The notes below the pieces were generated by a model. The model was not told the DNA's origin and did not search any database. It was given only the letters and a program-made list of their open reading frames with translations. A DNA stretch of 64,000 nucleotides from an uncultured Granulosicoccaceae bacterium (GTDB taxonomy: Bacteria; Pseudomonadota; Gammaproteobacteria; Granulosicoccales; Granulosicoccaceae), in NCBI GenBank assembly GCA_937981955.1, contig CALJNA010000022.1, positions 1,548 through 65,547 of the forward strand, written 5' to 3'. Both the position numbers and the translations under genes were made by a program. The first letter of the stretch is position 1; every line of letters starts with the position of its first letter. Of this stretch, positions 57,546 through 64,000 are shown piece by piece.

Positions 57546-58859
57546 ATGAGTATCTCTAAAGATTTGGTATCCCTCATCCGCGGGCGAGATATATCCAGAG
57601 CCGATCAGCACAGTGCTTCACTGTTCTTGCTCGATGCACTGGCAACAGCTTATGCCGGCGCCGCAACTCCCGTGGGAAAAAAGCTGATTCACTGGTGTAA
57701 GGCGGACGCATTGAACTCCCGTACACAGACTTTTCTGATGGGTAGCCTTACCCACATTACAGAGACTGATGACTTACATCGTGCTTCGGTCACACACCCG
57801 GGGTGTGTGGTCGTGCCTGCGGTATTGACTGCAGCACAGCGCACTAAGGCTGATGGCGAAGCCGTTTTATTGGCAACCCTATACGGTTTTGAAGCCATGT
57901 GTCGAATAGGCCGTGCAGTCGGCGCGGAACACTATAAGCTCTGGCACAACACCGCAACCTGTGGACCGTTTGGTTCTGCCATGGCCGTCTGCCAGTTATT
58001 GAATCTTACTGAAGAACAATGCGTGTATGCGTTGGGAAACGCCGGCACTCAATCGTCTGGCTTATGGCAATTTCTGAGTAGCGGTGCAATGAGTAAACAC
58101 CTGCATGCCGGGCGAGCGAGTGAGTCGGGTTTGCTGTCCGCAGAATTGGCTCAGCATGACTTCACTGGTGCTGCCGATATTCTGGAAGGCGAGCAGGGGA
58201 TGTTCAGGGCGATGTGTCCTGATGCGAATCCCGAGTCTGTGCTGGCTAATGCTCAATTGCCGTGGGAGTTAACTCAAACATCGATAAAGCCCTGGCCGTC
58301 GTGTCGGCACACACATCCGGTAATTGATGCGGCAATTGAGTTACAGGCAAAGCTTGGCAATGCAATCATTGAGCAAATTGACATCGGTGTGTATCGAGCC
58401 GCAGATACCATTTGCAATCGTAAAACAGTCGATAACGAATACCAGGCGAAGTTTTCGTTACAGCACTGTTCCGCTATGGCCTTATTGAATGGCGAATTGA
58501 ATCTGTCATCGTTTACTGACGGTGCGCGTGAAAATACTCGGGAGCTGTGCGAAAAAACCCGTATACACGTTAGTGAGCATGTCGAAGCCAATTACCCGGA
58601 TTCGTGGGGTGTTGAATTAACCTTGTCCCTGTCAGATGGAAAACAGATTAGCGCGAGCAGAAAAGATTGCCGCGGCGATCCTGAACTGCCTTTAAACGAT
58701 GACGAAATGTTGTCAAAGGCGAAGGACTTAATGCACTTTGGTGGATTGAGTGCTGGTGCCGCGCAGGATGTCTGTGATTCGGTGTTGCGGTTGGCTGAGT
58801 ATCGGTACACGGTCAGCTTAATGGACGACTTTTTAGCTCATGTAATGAACACGCATTAA
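57546..58859 (+). CDS. MmgE/PrpD family protein
   Basis: ETDDLH...THPG, WHNT, KHLHAG, KPWPSCRHTH, AKFS, GDPE.PL. Confidence 0.9.
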   Translation: MSISKDLVSLIRGRDISRADQHSASLFLLDALATAYAGAATPVGKKLIHWCKADALNSRTQTFLMGSLTHITETDDLHRASVTHPGCVVVPAVLTAAQRTKADGEAVLLATLYGFEAMCRIGRAVGAEHYKLWHNTATCGPFGSAMAVCQLLNLTEEQCVYALGNAGTQSSGLWQFLSSGAMSKHLHAGRASESGLLSAELAQHDFTGAADILEGEQGMFRAMCPDANPESVLANAQLPWELTQTSIKPWPSCRHTHPVIDAAIELQAKLGNAIIEQIDIGVYRAADTICNRKTVDNEYQAKFSLQHCSAMALLNGELNLSSFTDGARENTRELCEKTRIHVSEHVEANYPDSWGVELTLSLSDGKQISASRKDCRGDPELPLNDDEMLSKAKDLMHFGGLSAGAAQDVCDSVLRLAEYRYTVSLMDDFLAHVMNTH

Positions 58860-58919
58860 CAGTGTGGTGTGATGGTTGATCAGGTGGTCCTTGCCGACCA
58901 CCCTCTGAATAATGTTGAG

Positions 58920-60266
58920 TTAGCTCCACGGATACGGGCTATTACTCACCGGATGCAGCTTCCCTTCCGGATATCGCGAGAAACGAAACGGCTCAAGCAA
59001 TGCTTGCTGGTTTCCCATAACCTCTTCGGCAACGAGATGTCCCACACCGATCATTTTATAGCCGTGGTTACTGTCAGCAATAACATGCACATTCTCGCGA
59101 AAGCGATCAAATACGGGAAAACTGTCTGGCGTAAAGCAGCCCAGACCACCCGAAGGTTCTTTTTTGAACGTTACACCTTTGCCTGAAAAGCGTTCCTGAC
59201 AAAAGGCGAGGGCTGATGTCCACATATTGGCAAAATCTTCACCGACGATAAACTCCGGTGATTCTGGACCGTATGGATCGATCGCAACGTTGTCGGCTGG
59301 TGTCATGACTTCATAAGGCATCGCACCACCCTGAACACCACCGAAATGGAAGTCAGGCTTGTAATAGATTCCCCAGGCTTCCTCACGAAGCAGTGACCCG
59401 TCGGCATCAGAATACAATGGTGCATCAGTGTCGACGTGGATAACTGGAGGCATTTTGCCATCATTGGTTTTTTGCAAATCAGGGTCGACACCCAACACAC
59501 CTTCTTCAAGACACCAGTAACGCCAGGTTGGAATGCCGTCGTGCGTTTTGCCGTCCGCGCCTTTAACTGACACTTCTTTTGGCAAATCCATCATGTCCCA
59601 AAGAGTCTTAACCCACGGGCCAGCAGCGATAACAACCTCGTCACATTCGATGGCACCTTTGTCAGTTTCAACTGCGGTAATCGCAGAGCTTGAACCGTTC
59701 GCTCCTTTAAATCCGGTGACAGTGACCCCGGTTTCAATTTGTACGCCGTGCGCACGCGCTTTCTTCTCCAGGCCCTGGATAGATGCCACGTTGTTGGCAT
59801 ACCCACCACGCTTCTCATGCAGTACAGAGGTGATTCCTTCTGCACGCCAATCGGAGAACAGTTCTTTCATGTATGCAGAACTTTTGTCTTTGCCTTCAAC
59901 AAGCGTGGATTCGTATCCGATGGCTTTTTGCTGTTCGTAAATAGACACGATATCCTCGTGCATGCCTTCATGGCTTATTTGCATATAACCAACGGGGTGG
60001 TAGTGAAAGGTTTCCGGATCGGAGTCCCATACGTTAACGCTGTGTGCCATCAGCTCGCGCATAGCAGGTTGAAAATAGTTATTGCGAATCACACCACAGG
60101 CAATTCCACTCGCACCAGCAGCTACTCCGGTTTTATCGATGACAAGAATATCCTTGCCCGAGCCTTTGCCAGATGATTCAAGCAGTTCTGCCAGCTTCCA
60201 CGCAGTCGACAGGCCATGTATACCAGCGCCAACAATCACGTAGCGCGCTTTTGCGGGAACACCCAT
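58920..60266 (-). CDS. DAO/sarcosine-oxidase-beta-like flavoprotein, resembling N-methylglutamate dehydrogenase subunit A
   Basis: GAGIHGLSTAW, GASGIACG..RNNY, TPDSFP, DSNHGYKM.GVG. ATG 60266 follows GGAG. Confidence 0.8.
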   Translation of the reverse strand: MGVPAKARYVIVGAGIHGLSTAWKLAELLESSGKGSGKDILVIDKTGVAAGASGIACGVIRNNYFQPAMRELMAHSVNVWDSDPETFHYHPVGYMQISHEGMHEDIVSIYEQQKAIGYESTLVEGKDKSSAYMKELFSDWRAEGITSVLHEKRGGYANNVASIQGLEKKARAHGVQIETGVTVTGFKGANGSSSAITAVETDKGAIECDEVVIAAGPWVKTLWDMMDLPKEVSVKGADGKTHDGIPTWRYWCLEEGVLGVDPDLQKTNDGKMPPVIHVDTDAPLYSDADGSLLREEAWGIYYKPDFHFGGVQGGAMPYEVMTPADNVAIDPYGPESPEFIVGEDFANMWTSALAFCQERFSGKGVTFKKEPSGGLGCFTPDSFPVFDRFRENVHVIADSNHGYKMIGVGHLVAEEVMGNQQALLEPFRFSRYPEGKLHPVSNSPYPWS

Positions 60267-60307
60267 GTTGATCTCCAGAATGAATTTGAGTTGAGTATGG
60301 TGGCTGG

Positions 60308-60357
60308 ATTTTGAAATGTTTATAAAGAATAAGACAAAATATATGGTAATTTGGACA
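60308..60357 (-). promoter_or_regulatory. Putative GlxA/ArgR-type tandem operator overlapping a promoter
   Basis: Minus-strand TGTC at 60357-60354 and 60336-60333 (21-bp period). The second lies within TTGTCT-N18-CAAAAT. Confidence 0.45.
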
Positions 60358-60358
60358 T

Positions 60359-61345
60359 ATGAGTGAGAATAAGGCCTTAAATCGGGAGTACTTTTTTGTA
60401 TTGGTGCCTGGATTTTCATTATTAGCCCTTTCCGGTGCGATTGATGTGCTCAGAGCAGCTAATCTTGAATCGGGGCGTAAGGTCTATCAGTGGCAACTAA
60501 TCGGTGAGAGCGGACCGTCGGTTGATTCATCCAGCGGGTTATCAATGCCGTGCTCGCTACTGCCAGCATTAACAGAGTTTGAAGTGACAACCGGGCCAAC
60601 AGCCGTCGTTGTGTGCGGGGGAGACACATCAAGAACGGATGAGTCGTCTGCTCTGGTTGAATGGCTAAAAGGTTTGGCTAACACGGATGTTCTGATTGGT
60701 TCAATCTCGGACGGTGCTTTCGTGGTGGCACAAAGCGGTCTGTTTGATCAGCATCGCTCCACCATTCACTGGAAATGTCTAAGTGACTATCGCGCCAGAT
60801 TCCCACACCTGGATTCACGTGCAAGCATTCTTGAAATGGAGGGTAGCCGGTTCTCCTGCGCTGGAGGCACCGCTAGCCTGGATTTGTTTTTGCAATTTGT
60901 GTTGCTTGACCTCGGAACTGACGTCGTAGCGAACATTGCTAACAACTACTTCCACGATACGTTACGAGATAGCTCCATCAGTCAGAATGTTGCAGATGCT
61001 TATCGCTACGCTGGAAAAAGTCGAGTGCTTGCCGAGGCGCTTCGCATTATGTCGCAGCATCTTGAACAGCCACTGGCAATTTCTGATATTGCCCGCCAAT
61101 CAGGAACAACGCATCGAAGTCTCGATCGGTTGTTCGTTCGTTTTTTGTCGGTATCTCCAGGGCGATATTATCGGCAATTACGTTTAAATCGAGCGGCGAA
61201 TCTGCTAATGCAAACCAGTTTACCGATTTCTGAAATTGCGGTTGCCAGTGGGTTCGGAACCGCATCGCATCTGGGTATGCATTTCAAGCAGGAGTACCAC
61301 CAAACACCTGCGAAGTTCCGCCACGCCAAAATGGCTGTTCAATAG
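60359..61345 (+). CDS. GlxA-family (GATase-like + AraC) transcriptional regulator
   Basis: PGFSLLAL...LRAAN, STIHW, SCAGGTASLD, AraC HTH (SP..YY..LRL..A..LL.QT.L.I.EIA.ASGF). Confidence 0.92.
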   Translation: MSENKALNREYFFVLVPGFSLLALSGAIDVLRAANLESGRKVYQWQLIGESGPSVDSSSGLSMPCSLLPALTEFEVTTGPTAVVVCGGDTSRTDESSALVEWLKGLANTDVLIGSISDGAFVVAQSGLFDQHRSTIHWKCLSDYRARFPHLDSRASILEMEGSRFSCAGGTASLDLFLQFVLLDLGTDVVANIANNYFHDTLRDSSISQNVADAYRYAGKSRVLAEALRIMSQHLEQPLAISDIARQSGTTHRSLDRLFVRFLSVSPGRYYRQLRLNRAANLLMQTSLPISEIAVASGFGTASHLGMHFKQEYHQTPAKFRHAKMAVQ

Positions 61346-61702
61346 TTCCGTCAAAAACACGGCTGTTGTAACCGGTCAGTGTGTCAGAAATACAACTCGG
61401 GTTTGAGGTGCGACGCATGCAAAATTTGTTTCTAATTGCACCTTAGTCGAGTGCACAGATTGTTTCGGGAATGTGTCCAGCTAACACCTGTTACAACAGT
61501 ATTTCTGCCTTTTAAATCACACTTTTTCTTGTATTTTCCTGTCCGAACTTTAGTGATGCTTGTTCATAACGAGAAGTTCTGCACACTTAATCAACATACC
61601 GTACTGACGATTAAAACCGACTGAAAAATGGCACAGATATTCCTAATCGCATCTATGTAGAAAACCATATTCAATTCGCGTAAAGCTGTGTCAGGAGCAA
61701 AC

Positions 61703-62731
61703 ATGTCGTCCGTTAAAACAGGTAAATCAATATTAGTCACTGGTGGCGCAGGTTACATCGGTAGCCACGTGGTCAAGCTGCTGGGTGAACGCGGCGAAAG
61801 AATAGTAGTGCTTGATGATTTGTCTACTGGCAACAAAGAGGCAGTATTGTTCGGTACCTTGGTGGAGGGTAATACCGCTGACACCGAGCTGGTGAATAAG
61901 GTTATTGCGGAACACGAGGTTGATACCGTGATGCATTTCGCTGCGCACACAATTGTGCCAGAGAGTGTGACCGACCCGCTGAAATACTATCGGAATAACA
62001 CAGCGGCTACGCGAAATTTGCTGGAATGTTGTCAGAACGCTGGCATAGCTAATTTCATCTTTTCATCAACTGCAGCAACCTACGGTATTCCCGAAGATGC
62101 GTCGAAGCCTTGTGGTGAAGACCTGCCAACTGCTCCGATCAACCCTTATGGCATGTCGAAACTGATGTCAGAGCACATGCTTAAAGACTTAAGCGCTGCT
62201 TGCGACATGAAACATGTCATTTTGCGTTACTTCAACGTTGCCGGTTGTGACCCTGATGGAAAAATTGGTCAGTCAACCAAGAACGCAACCCTGTTGATCA
62301 AAGTTGCTTCCGAAGTCGCTGTTGGCAAACGTGACGCATTGTATGTGTTTGGTACCGATTACCCCACTGAAGATGGCACGGGTGTTCGTGACTATATACA
62401 CGTTACAGATCTGGCCAGTGCACATCTCTCCGCGCTGGATTATCTGCGCGGTGGTGGAGATTCTACTCTGGTTAATTGCGGTTATGGCCAAGGCTATAGC
62501 GTAAAGCAAGTAATCGACTCGGTGTCCAAGATCAATGGCAGTCCTATCAACGTTATTGAAGAGCCAAGAAGAGCTGGTGATCCTCCTGCGCTGATTGCTG
62601 CGGTTGGAAAGATTCGTGAGACGCTGGACTGGACACCTCAGTACAACGAGCTCGATGTCATTGTTAAGACATCGCTGGCGTGGGAAAAGACCCTGCTGGA
62701 ACGCTCGAAAAAAGACAACAAAGCTGCCTGA
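61703..62731 (+). CDS. galE: UDP-glucose/UDP-GlcNAc 4-epimerase
   Basis: TGGAGYIGSH, HFAA...V.ES, FSSTAA, YGMSK, LRYFN, GTGVRDYIHV, RRAGDP. ATG 61703 follows AGGAG. Confidence 0.92.
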   Translation: MSSVKTGKSILVTGGAGYIGSHVVKLLGERGERIVVLDDLSTGNKEAVLFGTLVEGNTADTELVNKVIAEHEVDTVMHFAAHTIVPESVTDPLKYYRNNTAATRNLLECCQNAGIANFIFSSTAATYGIPEDASKPCGEDLPTAPINPYGMSKLMSEHMLKDLSAACDMKHVILRYFNVAGCDPDGKIGQSTKNATLLIKVASEVAVGKRDALYVFGTDYPTEDGTGVRDYIHVTDLASAHLSALDYLRGGGDSTLVNCGYGQGYSVKQVIDSVSKINGSPINVIEEPRRAGDPPALIAAVGKIRETLDWTPQYNELDVIVKTSLAWEKTLLERSKKDNKAA

Positions 62732-62768
62732 TAAGGCGCTTACATATCAAGCCAACCTGGAAAAGGGT

Positions 62769-63302
62769 ATGCGTAAACAATTGAATTCTCTGCTGTGGGT
62801 CGTGATGGTAATGACACTGTCTGCTTGCGGCACTTTAACCACAACAGATACGGTTAGTGTTTCGGCCAATCAACCCTGGGTGTTGTTGCCGGTAAACAAT
62901 TTATCCACCACGCCTCGTGCCGGAGAGAAAACCAACGCCCTGGTAGAAACTCACCTGCGTGCAAGAGGGGTGGGTTCATTGAAAACCTACAATACGCCTG
63001 AGGGATTGAATCTGGTGACTTTGCTTGATACCGATCGTCAGATAAACGATGCAATTAAATGGGCTCGTCAAAATGGTATGCGCTACGGCATGACAGGCAC
63101 TGTGCACGAATGGCATTACAAAAGCGGGCCGGACAAAGAGCCAGCGGTTGGTCTTAGTTTAAAACTTATCGATCTGAGTACGGAGCAAGTCGTGTGGCAA
63201 GCCACAACGGCTAAAACCGGTTGGGGATATACCAATGTCTCAGGTGTTGCAGACAAGGCTGTGGAAAAGTTGCTTAAACAGATCAACATCACTGGAAGAT
63301 AG
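62769..63302 (+). CDS. pelC: PelC-like outer-membrane lipoprotein
   Basis: Lipobox LSAC; WVLLP..N.S..P.AGE, WARQ, TGTVHEWHYKSGPDKEPAVGLSL, VVW...GW. Confidence 0.85.
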   Translation: MRKQLNSLLWVVMVMTLSACGTLTTTDTVSVSANQPWVLLPVNNLSTTPRAGEKTNALVETHLRARGVGSLKTYNTPEGLNLVTLLDTDRQINDAIKWARQNGMRYGMTGTVHEWHYKSGPDKEPAVGLSLKLIDLSTEQVVWQATTAKTGWGYTNVSGVADKAVEKLLKQINITGR

Positions 63303-63405
63303 GATTTTACTGTGATTAATAAAGCGCTGTGTGCTGTTAAGTCTTACGAGCCACTTCGCTCGTTAGTGTTGGCACATACACACGCAAACCAGTAACAACA
63401 ATGAC

Positions 63406-64000
63406 ATGAAAGCATTGCTGAAAGATAAAATGGAACAACTCAAAGACCGGTCTGGTCTGGCAGGGGTTCGCTCGAAACTAGGTGTTTATGGCAGAGCAGC
63501 AGAGATGCTGGCGTTTGCTGTGCTGGCGCCGGTTATTGGGCTGGTGTTGTTCTCATCTGATCCACTGGGACTAAAAGCGGGTTTCCCATGGGCTTGCGCA
63601 GCTCCGGTTATGTTTGCCGCACGTTACGGAAGTTCATGGGGAGCTGCATGTGCAGCCGTTGCTGCAGTTTCATTTTTCCTTATCGGCGGTCTTGTCTACG
63701 AGGCACAGTCGAGTGCACTGATAACGCTTGCAGTGGGTACATTAATCATGTGCATTGTCATAGGTGATGTTGCAGCGGCATGGCGCTCGCGCAGTGGGCG
63801 GGCAGAAGCCGAGAATGAATATTTAAGACATCGATTAAAAGAATTCTCCAACGATTATCATGTTTTAAAAGTCTCTCACGGGCAGTTGGAAGAGTTCATG
63901 GCAGGACAGCGTTTAAGCTTGAGACAAGCCTTGCAGCAAGCCAAGCCCTTGTTAACTGCTGGTGCAGACGGTATGGAAGCCGGTAGCGATTTAATGGCCA
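63406..64000 (+). CDS. pelD: PelD-like inner-membrane c-di-GMP receptor (N-terminal part, runs off the window edge)
   Basis: Not in the ORF track. Hand translation: MKALLKDK...DPLGLKAGFPW...AARYG...GDVAAAWR...ENEYLRHRLKEFSNDYHVLKVSHGQLEE...SLRQAL, matching the PelD TM and coiled-coil pattern; directly after pelC. Confidence 0.8.
   Translation, partial: MKALLKDKMEQLKDRSGLAGVRSKLGVYGRAAEMLAFAVLAPVIGLVLFSSDPLGLKAGFPWACAAPVMFAARYGSSWGAACAAVAAVSFFLIGGLVYEAQSSALITLAVGTLIMCIVIGDVAAAWRSRSGRAEAENEYLRHRLKEFSNDYHVLKVSHGQLEEFMAGQRLSLRQALQQAKPLLTAGADGMEAGSDLMA

Noticed and set aside
60267-60419. Long N-terminal extensions in the ORF track (also 25755, 62595, 46797, 31698, 43208)
   Set aside because: They overlap neighbouring genes or promoters, and downstream ATGs match family starts or have better SD sequences.
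61629-61644. Sigma54 promoter for galE-pel (TGGCAC-agata-TTCCT)
   Set aside because: The -24 element fits, but -12 reads CC instead of the conserved GC.
1-64000. Many 60-170-aa shadow ORFs; mobile elements; tRNA and rRNA genes
   Set aside because: The short ORFs lie antisense or out of frame within well-supported genes and show no motifs. I saw no transposase, integrase, terminal repeats or cloverleaf structures, though a tRNAscan/Infernal run was not possible.

Overview
A gene-dense, roughly 50% GC bacterial chromosome segment, proteobacterial and probably marine (an impression, not tested). I found no rRNA, tRNA, CRISPR array, integrase or transposase. In order it holds: a partial mbfA-like iron exporter coupled to modABC; ilvE; a queuosine-precursor transporter; carbonic anhydrase; a TAXI-TRAP transporter with USP, plus a second TAXI receptor next to a histidine kinase and response regulator; rplU with a C-terminal HhH-like domain and no adjacent rpmA; scattered aromatic genes (pobA, ligC, type I aroD, RraA/HMG aldolase-like); and a reductive nicotinate-type cluster (enamidase, two AA_synth/DUF1185 paralogues, UPF0280 ApbE-like protein, Mo-hydroxylase, 6-hydroxynicotinate reductase). 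Further on are GcvT/sarcosine-oxidase-like flavoproteins, a YeeE/YedE pair, several secreted proteins, a GltD-like/korA/korB run followed by a racemase/isomerase and a CaiB CoA-transferase, and the start of a pel-like operon (galE-pelC-pelD). The best leads are a cytosolic ApbE-like flavinylation partner for the reductase, possibly linked to the kor/CoA-transferase operon; a candidate anti-Shine-Dalgarno sRNA at about 50.4 kb; a sensory TAXI receptor; the rplU leader helix; and an 18-bp palindromic tandem repeat. All family calls come from motif recognition by eye, with no database searches.
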